Assembly: GCA_963840855.1 (NCBI GenBank)
Contig: CAWJBB010000053.1
Span: 1 to 64,000 of the forward strand
Reading direction: 5' to 3'
DNA from: an uncultured delta proteobacterium
Lineage (GTDB): Bacteria > Desulfobacterota > Binatia > UBA9968
Length of the DNA: 64,000 nucleotides
Shown here: positions 1 through 11,100 of the stretch, piece by piece
How positions within the stretch are numbered: position 1 is the stretch's first letter
Layout: every line of letters begins with the position of its first letter
Program-made: the position numbers and the translations under genes
The notes under the pieces: generated by a model
What the model saw: only the letters and a program-made list of their open reading frames with translations
Told to the model about the DNA's origin: nothing
The model's database searches: none

Positions 1-240
1 TCGGCTTAGTACCCATACCGCGAATCATCCTAGCGCAGCAAGAATATTATTCCAATTCGCGCCACGGTTGAAGAGACGGCAATGAAGACGAGTGGTTAGC
101 CGATATCCGTCCGTTTTTTTTCGCTTTTATTCTCTTGTGCCTCTTTACTCATTGGGAGTGATTCACCGTCATTAGGACTCATTTCTTTTAAAATGGCTTT
201 AGAATCTGTATAGTCGGGTCCCAACACACAACGCTCTGAG

Positions 241-590
241 ATGCCTGAACTAAGCCCGCAATTTTGGTTGAACTGGTGGGTGCAGCTGGCAGTTGCCCTT
301 TGCACCTTGCTCGCTGTCCTGGTGGCTCTGTTCGGTCAGGGTTTTCGTGTAAAGTTCTTCCCGCCGCGACTATCGCTCACCGTCGCGGACCCCGACGGCG
401 AGAAGACGAAGGTTCGAATAACCTGGACGGAGAACAACATATCGAAAGAGCGGCTGGAAGACGCTCGGTACTACCGTCTTTCTGTATCCAACGCTCGTCG
501 TTGGTCTCCCGCCAATCAAGTCCGGGCAGTTTTGATCCGCGTCAAAGAGCCAGCCGCAGACGGCCAATTCGCCGCTTCATGGGTCGGCTG
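241..590 (+). pseudogene. Truncated hypothetical membrane-anchored protein
   Basis: N-terminal hydrophobic helix (WWVQLAVALCTLLAVLVALFG) followed by a soluble region; the ORF loses plausibility at ~590 where the helicase remnant begins in another frame. Confidence 0.45.
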
Positions 591-1338
591 CATCTCGTCG
601 ATTTGGAATATTTGGATGACTTTCGCTACCCCGAGTCTGAGCAGCTTCTTTGGGAGGTGGAAGCGACTGCCGAGCCTCTGGGTAAGACCGCGCTCCCCAG
701 CGTCGATGCCAGCCGGCCTGACAACCCTACTGCTCTGCAGGCATTCGTCAACGCCCATCGCTGGACCCGGCTGAACCGCCTCCGGGAAAGGATGGAATTG
801 GTGACGACCCGCTTCTGAGCGTCTGGAATTCCGCGATTCAAGTGCATCCCTATCAGCTTGAGCCGGTGGTACGTGCGTTGTCGATGCCGCGTGTCAGCTT
901 GCTCCTTGCGGACAGTGTGGGGCTTGGGAAGACCATTGAGGCCGGTTTGGTTCTCGAAGAACTTTTGCTGCGTCGTTACATCCGTCGCGTACTGGTTCTT
1001 TGCCCGGCGGTGCTACAACGCCAGCGGAAAATCGAGCTTCGCCGTAAGTTCAATCTCGAATTCGAGATTATCGTTCCGAGTCCACATTCCAGCTCCGTCG
1101 TCGTATGGGGATCGACACAAATCCGTGGAAAGCATTCCCTCGGATCATAACGTCGATGGACTATCTGAGAATGCCTGACGTACTGCAGCAGTTTCTTCGT
1201 ACATCGGGGGACAGCCCTGATTTGCGGTCTTATGGTCATGCTCTTGCTCATGCTCCGTGGGGTGCGCTGATTGTGGACGAATGTCATCATTTCGCTCCGC
1301 AGGCAGGGAATCGGGCGAGCCCACGCACAAGGATATAA
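586..1338 (+). pseudogene. drmD: DISARM DrmD-like SNF2 helicase, frameshifted N-terminal remnant
   Basis: Three consecutive frames give [52 protein letters not shown] (Walker A) and [28 protein letters not shown] (Walker B). Frameshifts at ~790 and ~1075; truncated after Walker B. Confidence 0.75.
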
Positions 1339-1664
1339 TGTTACCCAACAAATTTGGAAGCATAATACTGCAATGTAGAACGCTGTGGGTAAAGGGACCC
1401 GGTGTCTTTTCAATGCGTCGCTTCTAATAGGTGTCGAACATCCTTTGAATTTCATCCGCATTATTGGTTTTCGTAAGCGCAAGGGAGAGCAGCAACCGGG
1501 CTTTCCACGGTTGCAGGTTGTCGCCGGCGACGAGACCGAGAAGACAAAAGGGAAGATAAGGGAATCGAAACGAAAGAAAAATAGGTTCACGAGATTGAAA
1601 ATGCGACTGAACGAGATCGGCGACCGCTGAACGTTACCATGCGTGATATGTTGACGGGGTCAAG

Positions 1665-2606
1665 TTGAAAATTAGCGTAATTATTTGCACCTACAATCGC
1701 GCGGCCAGCTTGTATCGAGCTTTATTGAGTCTAAACTCCATGGACGTGCCCAAGGATTTCTCCTGGGAAATACTTGTGGTGGACAATAACTCAAATGATG
1801 ACACGAAACGCATTACTGCGAGTTTTGTCCAGCGCGCTGATGTATATGTTGAAGTCCGATACGTGTTTGAAGGCAGACAGGGGCTCAACCATGCGCGCAA
1901 TGCCGGGATCAAGGCCGCTGCGGGAGACTTTCTGTTTTACATCGACGACGACGTTGAGGTTACCAGCAACTGGCTCACGGAAATGAAAAACGCGTTCGAC
2001 CGCTATCCGGTGATAGGGGTCGGTGGCAGGGTACTGCTCAAGAAGAACCTGAAAAAACCACCGTGGTGGAGAATGGAGTATGACGACGCGCTAGGAAAGT
2101 TCGACCATGGCGACAGCGCCATTCTTTCTGATGCCAGCTATACAGGCATCATCGGAATTGGCGCAAACCTTGGCTTCAAAAGGTCCGCTTTTGATAAGCA
2201 TGGATTGTTTCGCTCGGATCTCGACAGACGAAAAAACAAACTATTCATGGGTGGCGACACTGATTTTGTCCAACGGGTAAAAAACGGTGGTGATCTATCC
2301 ATGTACTATCCTGGCGCGGTCGTATATCATTGCCCGGTGGAAACCCGATTCACGAAATCCTATCTCCGACGTTGGTATTTTCGTATGGGAGAGTGGCGGG
2401 CGCGGAAATTGCCGGGGAAAACGAGCAAACCCCTCCTGCCTTTCACAATACCAAGATGGAGATACGGGCAAATGCTAGCACAATCGTGGCGGGCCATGGC
2501 TTCATTTTTGACTGGGCGTCCGGATGAGGGGTTTTATCACGAACTTCAGTTTATTTTAGTGCTCGGCTACTTTTTCGGAGCAGCAAAGAATTGGCTTGTC
2601 AAATGA
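1665..2606 (+). CDS. Glycosyltransferase family 2
   Basis: ISVIICTYNRA, VVDNNSND, GLNHARNAG, YIDDD (DxD) GT-A motifs. Confidence 0.9.
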   Translation: MKISVIICTYNRAASLYRALLSLNSMDVPKDFSWEILVVDNNSNDDTKRITASFVQRADVYVEVRYVFEGRQGLNHARNAGIKAAAGDFLFYIDDDVEVTSNWLTEMKNAFDRYPVIGVGGRVLLKKNLKKPPWWRMEYDDALGKFDHGDSAILSDASYTGIIGIGANLGFKRSAFDKHGLFRSDLDRRKNKLFMGGDTDFVQRVKNGGDLSMYYPGAVVYHCPVETRFTKSYLRRWYFRMGEWRARKLPGKTSKPLLPFTIPRWRYGQMLAQSWRAMASFLTGRPDEGFYHELQFILVLGYFFGAAKNWLVK

Positions 2607-2628
2607 CCTCTGTGGTAAGACGAATCCT

Positions 2629-3393
2629 ATGCGTACCCTGACGTATCAATTGGACCTTATCTCTCATCTCGTTCAACGCGATTTTCGCTTACACTACACC
2701 GGGTCAATGTTAGGAGTTCTCTGGTCAGTTGTGCTCCCCCTCGTCCAGCTGTTGGTGTTTGTTTTTCTTTTCAGTAGAGTCGTCCCATTAGGTATCGATG
2801 ACTATCCGGGTTTTGTTTTTAGCGCTTTGCTGCCGTGGACTTGGTTCAGTAATTGCGTGGGTTCAGCGGGTGGTATCTTTACTGGGAATCGGGATATGCT
2901 CCGGCGACCTCAGTTTGCGCCCGCGACATTAATCGTCGTCAACACGCTATCAAATCTACTGACCTACTTAATCAGTTTGCCCATTCTGCTCGGTGTGCTT
3001 GCATGGCATGGCCGCGTTTTAAGCTTAGCCCTATTGGTATTTCCACTTTTACTCCTCATCCAGAGCATTTTGTTGATTGGGCTCGGTTTGATAGTAGCAA
3101 CGCTGAACGTTTTTTATCGAGACATTCAACACCTTACACGGGTGGCGCTCTCGCTCCTTTTTTATTTGATCCCTGTTTTCTATCGACCACAGCAAATCGG
3201 TACCAATTACTCTGAAATTCTAATGATGAATCCAATCGCGGTGTTGATCCAAAGTTATCGAGATATTTTCTTTTATCAGCGTACGCCAGAATGGGATGCG
3301 CTTCTTCTTACCGCTGCTGCTAGTCTCGTTATGGGTAGCCTCGGATACCTGATTTACTGCCGTCAGCAGCCACACGTCATCGATGCCCTCTAG
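2629..3393 (+). CDS. wzm: ABC-2 polysaccharide exporter permease (Wzm-like)
   Basis: RDFRLHYTGSMLGVLWSVVLPL, LNVFYRDIQHL, NPIAVLIQSYRDIF; six hydrophobic segments; directly upstream of wzt. Confidence 0.88.
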   Translation: MRTLTYQLDLISHLVQRDFRLHYTGSMLGVLWSVVLPLVQLLVFVFLFSRVVPLGIDDYPGFVFSALLPWTWFSNCVGSAGGIFTGNRDMLRRPQFAPATLIVVNTLSNLLTYLISLPILLGVLAWHGRVLSLALLVFPLLLLIQSILLIGLGLIVATLNVFYRDIQHLTRVALSLLFYLIPVFYRPQQIGTNYSEILMMNPIAVLIQSYRDIFFYQRTPEWDALLLTAAASLVMGSLGYLIYCRQQPHVIDAL

Positions 3394-3399
3394 TCGGCT

Positions 3400-4650
3400 A
3401 TGTCCACGGTGTTGATAGTAGAGTCCGTCTCCAAACAATTTCATCTCCGGGGAGAGCGTCCAGTTACGATCCATGGACTAATCACTCGTTGGCTTAGGGG
3501 CCAACCTAAGAGAGGCCGGATGTTGTGGGCATTGCGCGACGTTAGTTTTACCGTGGGAAAGGGGCAATTGCTTGGCATCATTGGTCACAACGGCGCGGGC
3601 AAAAGTACACTGCTCCGCTTAATATGCGGATTAGGGCGGCCCAGTGCAGGGCGGATTCGTTCCACGGGCCTTGTCAGCGGCTTGCTCGAACTCGGCAGCG
3701 GATTTCATCCCGACCTTACCGGACGGGAGAATATTCTCACAGCCGGCTTACTGAATGGTAGGACAAGACGCCAGGTCCAGGCAGGAGAAAAGGAGATCAT
3801 TGCCTTCGCCGAGCTGGAAGATTTTATCGATCAACCAGTTCGCACGTATTCGAGCGGCATGTATCTGCGTCTCGCCTTTGCCGTTGCCATGCACTTTGAC
3901 CCCGAGATTCTGATTCTTGATGAGGTTCTAGCGGTCGGCGATGCGCGCTTTCAGCAAAAGTGCCTTGATAGATTGGCAACCTTCCGCAAAGCCGGCAAGA
4001 CCCTAATCCTGACCTCGCACGATATGACGCAAATCAAGTCTTTATGTGATGAGGTTGTCGTGTTGGAAGAAGGGCGCGTAGTCATGCAAGGCAACCCGGA
4101 AAGCGCCGAGCAGTGCTACTATGATTTGATGCGTCAACGAACGGAAAGGCGCGCTGCACAGCTTTCGGGAACCGCTAACTCTCTTAGCCTTGCCGTCTCA
4201 CAGGGCAGCCGGCAGGGAACGCAGGAGGCGACGATTTTTGACGTGCGCTTCTACGACAAGCGCGAGGTGGTGACCGACTGCGTGCAATCCGGCGATAGCC
4301 TAACGATCGAAATGGAATACCGCTTGGAAGAACCTCTGGCCGATCTCGCGCTTAATCTGGGAATCTCCAACGAAGCTTATGTAAACTGTTTCGAAGTCGC
4401 CGTTCTTTCGACCCGAGCCATGTTCGGCCCTCTAGCCGGGACAGGAACATTGCGCTGCCATTTCCCCGAAGTACCGCTACTTCCTGGCTGCTACTACATA
4501 AACGTCGGGCTCTATCCCACCGACTGGGGTTATAAGTACGACCATCATTGGCATATGCATCCTTTGAAAATAGTGCAGAAACCGGGAGAACCCTCTCACG
4601 CAACTGGTGTAGTTTCACTCAGTCCACGCTGGTCTCTTCCAGCTCCTTGA
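3400..4650 (+). CDS. wzt: Polysaccharide ABC exporter ATPase with C-terminal Wzt_C domain
   Basis: GHNGAGKST Walker A, YSSGMYLRLAFA signature, ILILDEVLAVGD Walker B, plus a beta-rich C-terminal extension (LLPGCYYINVGL). Confidence 0.9.
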   Translation: MSTVLIVESVSKQFHLRGERPVTIHGLITRWLRGQPKRGRMLWALRDVSFTVGKGQLLGIIGHNGAGKSTLLRLICGLGRPSAGRIRSTGLVSGLLELGSGFHPDLTGRENILTAGLLNGRTRRQVQAGEKEIIAFAELEDFIDQPVRTYSSGMYLRLAFAVAMHFDPEILILDEVLAVGDARFQQKCLDRLATFRKAGKTLILTSHDMTQIKSLCDEVVVLEEGRVVMQGNPESAEQCYYDLMRQRTERRAAQLSGTANSLSLAVSQGSRQGTQEATIFDVRFYDKREVVTDCVQSGDSLTIEMEYRLEEPLADLALNLGISNEAYVNCFEVAVLSTRAMFGPLAGTGTLRCHFPEVPLLPGCYYINVGLYPTDWGYKYDHHWHMHPLKIVQKPGEPSHATGVVSLSPRWSLPAP

Positions 4651-4881
4651 AAAAACGCAGCGGCCGGAAGACACGAATAGAATGAAGGGGTGGTTTCAGT
4701 CCCGTTGCCACCGTTTACCTTGACAAGCGAAGTAGCATCGCGATCCAAAACCACCTTAGAAGATCTGCCTTGGGTTAGGCAACCGGAGTCCATTGAGAAC
4801 GCCAGCTGTCTCATCCTTTAGACGCTGGGCGCCCAATTGCTGCTTGGCGATCTTTATGGGGAAATTGAATGCTAACAAGAA

Positions 4882-6423
4882 CTAAGAGCCGTGCCGTGAA
4901 GCATTTCGATGCGAATCCAGAGGCACCAGGGAGCGGTAGAGGCCCCTGCCGAACGCCGCCTTGAGCCACAGGTGCAACAAAACCATCCAGTAACCGCCAC
5001 CCACCCGCGCCAGGTGGAAGGACGACACTCCCATGTCAGGTGTGCGATTAATCCAGGAGATCGGAACTTCTTTTATCTTGCATTTCATCAGCAGAGGCTG
5101 GAGGCCCGTTTCGGCGTTCACCGCAAAGCCAGGCTGAGTGAACTGGAGTTGCACCGCCACATCTCGTCGCATCAACTTCAGGTTGTTTGTGAGGTCCCGA
5201 AAACGGCGAAGCAACATTAGCTGCGCGATAAAATGAAATCCTCGATTGGCGACGATTTTCTGGAACGAATAGTTGAGCAAAACGCTGTGCCGGGAAAAAC
5301 GGCTTCCCACAATAACGTCATATCCCGCGGCAGCGGCGTCAAAGAGATCGCGTACTTCCGGCAGCAAGTGCTGGAAATCACAGTCCATCGATAGCACCCA
5401 CTCACCAGTCGCCGAGCGGTAGCCCTCCGCTAGCGCACGGCCCACCCCATTGGGTGGGCTACGCACGATGGGCTTCACTATGGGATCCTCGAGCGCAAGC
5501 CGCTTGATCACGTCACGGGTCGCATCTGTACTATTGTCGTCCACGAGGATAATTTCGTGCAGGTACTCTCGAAATAGCTCTCGCAGTCCATTCACAAGCG
5601 GGCCAATGTTCATCTCCTCATTATGACAAGGGATCACTACTGAAACCGCGTGTCGCAGTGCTTCGTGTTCAAAGAGCGATACCCTCCGCCGCGCCGCGTT
5701 GCGAGGCGGCTTCTGGGCCTGAACTAAAATCGAACCGGCGAGAGTGCGAATCGCGGGCGCATTCTCGAGCAAGATGGACAGATTCCTGAGTACCCACACC
5801 AGAGAGCGGGTCAAAGGCCAGTAAACAAAATCGTTGAACACTGTCCAGATCCGGATAAATCCGATCTCCGAAATTAGCTCGTATAGCTCCGGTCGGCTCA
5901 GTAAGCGCCGTGGATCTTTGCTTCCAAATAGGCGGGCCAACAAACGTCGCAGCTTGAGCACCACATTCCAGGGGTTACTTTCATAGAAGACCGCTTGTCC
6001 GCCTGGCTTCAGAACGTCGTAGACGATCTTGAGGACTTCTGCGCAGTTGTCCTTGTCCAGCATATCCATCGCCACGACGAAGTCGAACTGTTTCCCATTT
6101 AACGCTCCGGGAAGCGTCGAAACTGTGAGGAACTCGACTGGCTCCGGCAGCCCTTCGGGACGCCGACCACTCGCGTTAAAAGTCACCGCTGTAAGCGGGT
6201 TCTCTCCGCGGCTTACGCGAAAAATCTGCCGCGTGAGCAAGCCGTCTCCGCAGCCCAATTCGAGAACGCTCTGCCCGGGCATGAAATGGACGGCATGGCG
6301 AAAGGTCTGCGCTCTCCACAGCAGCCTGTCAACGCCAATTGGATCGCGCGTTTGCCGGTACTCGTCACGATAGCGCTCGCGAAGCGCGAGAGTCCCGATC
6401 ATCGACGTGACTGCCCGTTCCAC
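4882..6423 (-). CDS. Bifunctional SAM methyltransferase / polyprenol-phosphate glycosyltransferase (GT2, ArnC/DPM1-like)
   Basis: VLELGCGDG and LKPGG methyltransferase motifs; then SVVIPCHNEE, VDDNSTD, SMDCDFQH, VIVGSRF. Confidence 0.85.
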   Translation of the reverse strand: MERAVTSMIGTLALRERYRDEYRQTRDPIGVDRLLWRAQTFRHAVHFMPGQSVLELGCGDGLLTRQIFRVSRGENPLTAVTFNASGRRPEGLPEPVEFLTVSTLPGALNGKQFDFVVAMDMLDKDNCAEVLKIVYDVLKPGGQAVFYESNPWNVVLKLRRLLARLFGSKDPRRLLSRPELYELISEIGFIRIWTVFNDFVYWPLTRSLVWVLRNLSILLENAPAIRTLAGSILVQAQKPPRNAARRRVSLFEHEALRHAVSVVIPCHNEEMNIGPLVNGLRELFREYLHEIILVDDNSTDATRDVIKRLALEDPIVKPIVRSPPNGVGRALAEGYRSATGEWVLSMDCDFQHLLPEVRDLFDAAAAGYDVIVGSRFSRHSVLLNYSFQKIVANRGFHFIAQLMLLRRFRDLTNNLKLMRRDVAVQLQFTQPGFAVNAETGLQPLLMKCKIKEVPISWINRTPDMGVSSFHLARVGGGYWMVLLHLWLKAAFGRGLYRSLVPLDSHRNASRHGS

Positions 6424-6461
6424 GACATCCTACTTTCGATTAATATCCCGCTTTACAAGAC

Positions 6462-8018
6462 TCAGTTTAGGGGAGTGTCTGAAACTCTCACAACCTTGAA
6501 CTTGTCGTTCACAGCGAGGAGTTTCCTATATTTCCAGTTAGAAAACAGTTTCTCATGAGGCTCTACATGGACAATGGTTGTAAAATTATGCTTCTTGAAA
6601 AATTGATTCGATCGATCACCTTCAAAATGCCAAAGCATGAATCCCTTCCTCTTCGCGTAATAGAGATACTGGGGATCCCAATTAAAGACGTCGGCAATGA
6701 TCACGTAATCGCTTTCGGTGGTATTATCCCGAATTGTTTTTGCCAAGCTAAGAGTAGGAATGCGGTCGTCGTAACTCACCTCCAATGACCACTTTAGATA
6801 ACTTCTCGTCGAATAAAGCACGATGGAAATGATCAAAACCGGCACATAGAACCATAGTTTCAGACTAAAGTTGCCATCAAAGACCTTAACCAAGAGGAGG
6901 TAACAACAGAATCCAACAGCGATGCTGACGGCCGGCGAAACCGCCATCAAATAGTAGTCGTGAACCCAGTATAGATTAAAGAATGTGAAGATCGTGAGAA
7001 ATGCGGCTGACGCAAACATGACTACAAATTCACCGCCATTCCGTGAACTCCTAAAATAGAGCCACGGGCCGAAGATCAGAAACATCAATCCGGGGAGAGT
7101 CACGACATAGGAAATAATACGCTGCAAGATTGTGGCCCAGTTCCCAATCGTTGTTTTTTGCAACCACGTCCCGTAATTCCACTCAGACAAGCTGCTGGAT
7201 GTAAGTACACTGCTAAACTCAGACGCAGCTTTAATGGCATCGGAGTATTGTAGCCAAATAAAAAACGGAATAACGGGAAGCACGAAGACAGCCGCCAAGG
7301 AAGCTAAAAACCCGATATTTGCCTTAATATACCGTCTCAATTGGTACTTTTCGGCTTGCAAGGAAGCCAGCATCTTTCTCAACGCTAAGTAAGCCATTGG
7401 AACCAATACGGTCGGAAGCGTGGTTACTTTGGTCAGAAAACCTAAAATCCCAAGAACAATCGCAAGGAGTAGGAAACCCACTTTGTGTGAGTCGCCCAAC
7501 CATCTGGAAAAAAAATAAAAATACCCCAAGCTGAAGGTGACCGAGGCGTAGTCAATCATGAAATTTCGGCTCCAGAGGATCATAAACGGCGACCATACGT
7601 AGAAAAGTAAGATACACGTTGCCGCGGTCTTGTTAATGTGATTTCGACAAACTAAAAATAGGAAAATCGCCGAGACATAGAAATACGCGATGGCGGTGAC
7701 ACGTCCAGCCACATCGATATTCTCGATTCCCAATTTGACGATGAACGTCACGGTCAGCTGGTATATCGGAAATTCCAACGGGATGGTCCAGGGGGGTCCA
7801 AATACTGGCGTTTGGTAGCCAAAAACGGAGATTCCTTCATTGACGAGCGTCCAAACCGTAATCGCCGTCATGGTTTGTCTAAAGCTGTTGCCCGTAAATA
7901 GTGGAGAGTCGAGGTTGATTAATCTAACCAAAACAGAGAGCAAGATAAGCAATAGGATGAAGTACTTCTCGGAGCTTTGATTGACAAGCCGACATTGGCT
8001 TGCCCAAAGTTTGATCAT
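6462..8018 (-). CDS. GT-C (ArnT/PMT-like) integral membrane glycosyltransferase
   Basis: About 12 hydrophobic segments; FRQTMTA..PLEFPIYQ loop, SRNFMID, HDYY motifs; visibly AT-richer than its neighbours. Confidence 0.75.
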   Translation of the reverse strand: MIKLWASQCRLVNQSSEKYFILLLILLSVLVRLINLDSPLFTGNSFRQTMTAITVWTLVNEGISVFGYQTPVFGPPWTIPLEFPIYQLTVTFIVKLGIENIDVAGRVTAIAYFYVSAIFLFLVCRNHINKTAATCILLFYVWSPFMILWSRNFMIDYASVTFSLGYFYFFSRWLGDSHKVGFLLLAIVLGILGFLTKVTTLPTVLVPMAYLALRKMLASLQAEKYQLRRYIKANIGFLASLAAVFVLPVIPFFIWLQYSDAIKAASEFSSVLTSSSLSEWNYGTWLQKTTIGNWATILQRIISYVVTLPGLMFLIFGPWLYFRSSRNGGEFVVMFASAAFLTIFTFFNLYWVHDYYLMAVSPAVSIAVGFCCYLLLVKVFDGNFSLKLWFYVPVLIISIVLYSTRSYLKWSLEVSYDDRIPTLSLAKTIRDNTTESDYVIIADVFNWDPQYLYYAKRKGFMLWHFEGDRSNQFFKKHNFTTIVHVEPHEKLFSNWKYRKLLAVNDKFKVVRVSDTPLN

Positions 8019-8164
8019 AGGTTTGACTCCGGCTCGCTCGAGCGATATCTTGGCGGCGCTCGACGGTGAGAGATGTCAATTTAACCGACTTGAAATAGAC
8101 AGTTCATGATGCTTTTCGGCTCTGCTTGAAACGCGTCCCCACGATCTCCATCCCGCGTTGAATG

Positions 8165-11100
8165 CTATAACAAGTTGCTAGCTAAAAAGCGCTCGCTGCC
8201 GGTAGGCAACTGGCTTATCCACGAACGGACTGTGGGTTTGGCTCGCTGGTCTACTGTCCTCCAAAAATGTTGACGAGCGATTCTCCAGCTGGCGATTTCC
8301 AACTTCACCCGGTTGCAATCCTCGAGGTCCACTTCTCCGCAAATAAGATCGGCGCAGCCACCTCTGGTAATTCCTCCCAAGGCTTCTTCAACAGCCCCCG
8401 GGGCGACGATTTTGAGCAATCTGCAATGGCGGATTCCGTACTCTTGAAAGAGCCGGTCCAATGTGATCGTGTCGACCAGCGCGGTCCGCAGGACGCCGCG
8501 TGACGCTGCCGCTAACGGGTTGATGGTTGCCCATGCGTTATCCCCCGCGTCGATATAGAGCGTTCGCTGTCGACAGTCCCCGGAGACCGCTTTGTTAATG
8601 GCGACTACATTCGTAGCTCCATTGGCTTCAATATTCCGCGTGAGACATGCGAAATTCTCGGGTTCTGGTTCGATAGCGTAGACTTTTATAAAAGGAAATT
8701 TCTTGGCCAGATAGATGGAGACCACGCCCACATGCGCGCCGATATCGACAACAGTGTCTCCCTCTCTAAACACGGCGGCCTGTGTGAGATAATAGTCATT
8801 TTGCATACGCCGGATCGCGTGTTCTATGCCTGAGTTGGCGCAACGATACAAAAAAAGTAATTGATTGTTGATCCGGCAGGTTTCGATCAAGGGCTCTTTC
8901 ATTCGTAGAGCGAAAGGCTGTTTGCTAGCCAGCTGTTTGACACTGCTATGGACTGTCCGAAATGTATTTCTGACCCTTTTCAATTGATAGGACTTATTGA
9001 TGAAAGACCGGATTAAAGAGATCGCTCGCCTACGCAAAATTCCCCGCCTGCGCCGAGGATTCAGTAAGTCGCTCCGCCCATACTTAAGCGCCGCACAGAG
9101 CATCGTAAACAGGAGCCAGTGCTGTTTCGCAACGCCTTCGTAAATATGGAGCCAGTTTCTGCTCATGCACAACAATCTCGACAACTCATTGGGAGTCGCG
9201 TGTCGCGTGAACTCACGCAAGCCTGCCTCGGGTATCAGGGCGAACTGCCTGGCCACCAACGCGAGAAACTCGCGCTTGTGCGCGGCTTGGACGCGATCCT
9301 TTAGTAGCCAATCGAATTGCCTTAGCTGCACCCTGACCAGTATGGACCAGATGTCCGCCGAGACATCCCAGGCGGACAGGTTATCGTGGATTTTCTGAAA
9401 AACGGTAAAGACCTCGAAAATCTTTCGACTGGTCCGCGCCGAAATCTGACTTGGTCGGTTCATTCGGTAATACAAGAGCGCTTTATCAAGAAGAGATATT
9501 CTCGCTGCTTTCAGGAGCACAGAAAAGTGAAAGCAGATGTCTTCATAGGAATTCATCCCGTCCTCAAATTGAATCTTGTGCTTTTCGAGGAACGAGCGCT
9601 TGTATAACTTGGTCCATGCGACGGGTTCCAGCAACAAGACCCGGGGTTCACTGCGCAAATCAAACGGCATGGTTCTCAATCGAGGGTCCAATGTCCGCCG
9701 GATGGAATGGTCGAAGAGGCGACCAAAGTTTTTAGAATCTTCGTAAAAGACCGTGGCATCGGCGATTAACACATCTAAGTTGTCTTCGCTGGCTCGCCGG
9801 TACATCTCCTCACATAGTCTGATATCCGCCCAGTCATCTGCATCGGTGAAGACAATATACTTTCCGCGCGCCGCGCGCATGCCGATATTACGAACCGTAG
9901 CGAGACCCCGGTTGGACTCGCAGTGGATCACACGGATATTTGGATACCTTGCACTGTAGCCATTGATGATTTTCGCGCTGTTATCCGTGGACGCATCGTT
10001 GATCACGATAATTTCGGTGTTTTTCAACGTCTGATTGACCAAGGAATCCAAGCATTGGATCAGATACTTCTCGACGTTGTAGGCGGCGACAATGACAGAC
10101 ACCAAGGGAGAACCTACACTGTTCAGGCTATTCTCCTCGGACGACACCAATGGGGAAAAATCCGGATTACGCTTTTGCACCTCACGGAGCGCATCATCAC
10201 TGTGGTGAGAGCGCTTCTCGGAAGAGATGGCCTTGTTGCGCGATTTTTTTTCATACGTTGACGCATAGGAATAGGATGGCTCCCGTCTGGGCGCTTTGTC
10301 GCATGAAACTACCGATTCCAATATCCCGACCATACGCGCCGTCATAGCATCCCAGCGATGCCATTGCTCCGCCAGGTCACGAATCCCAGACCGCAAGCGT
10401 TCACGAAAATCTCTGTTCTCGCTTATCAACTGCATAGCTTCGGCCAGCAGCTCGGGGTCGCGCGGCGGGCATAGGTAGATGTTACGACCATGATCGAGCA
10501 TCTCGTCCCGCCCAACACGGAGTTCTGTACCAATAACAGGCACGCCGTGGGTGCTCGCCGCCGCCAAAGAACTGCTGTTCAGAGTCACCCCATAATCATA
10601 AGGCAAGACACAGGCATCGGCGGCGTAAAGGTAGCGAGAGCCTTCATCGTTGTTCCAATTGAAGTTTCCTGTCCAAATAACTTTGTCGGCTATTCCAAGT
10701 ATTCCGGGAAGGCGCTGGACCATTTGAAAGTAGTCGTTGCACTTACGGTTGGGGATCTCAAGGTTGCCACCCACAAGCGCTAGCCGTGCGTTCGCGTTTC
10801 GCCGTGATACCATACGAAAAGCCCGCAAAAGCGTCTCCACCCCTTTTCCTGGATAGATGTAGCCCCAGTAGACCCAGACGAAGTCGTCAGGCCCAGCGCC
10901 CAGGATCTCACGAGATCGCTGCCGAGCTATGTCGGGTGAATCCGTGCAGAATCGGATGAGCGGTGGCGGCGGCAGGATTACGCTCTTCTCCTCGATTCCG
11001 GGATCCTGGGTAAGAAGCCTTGCCCGATGCGGAGTGCTTAGAACGATGACGCGAGCGCTATCGCGGAGGAGCGTTCCGAAAAACCAGTGTACGCCTCGGC

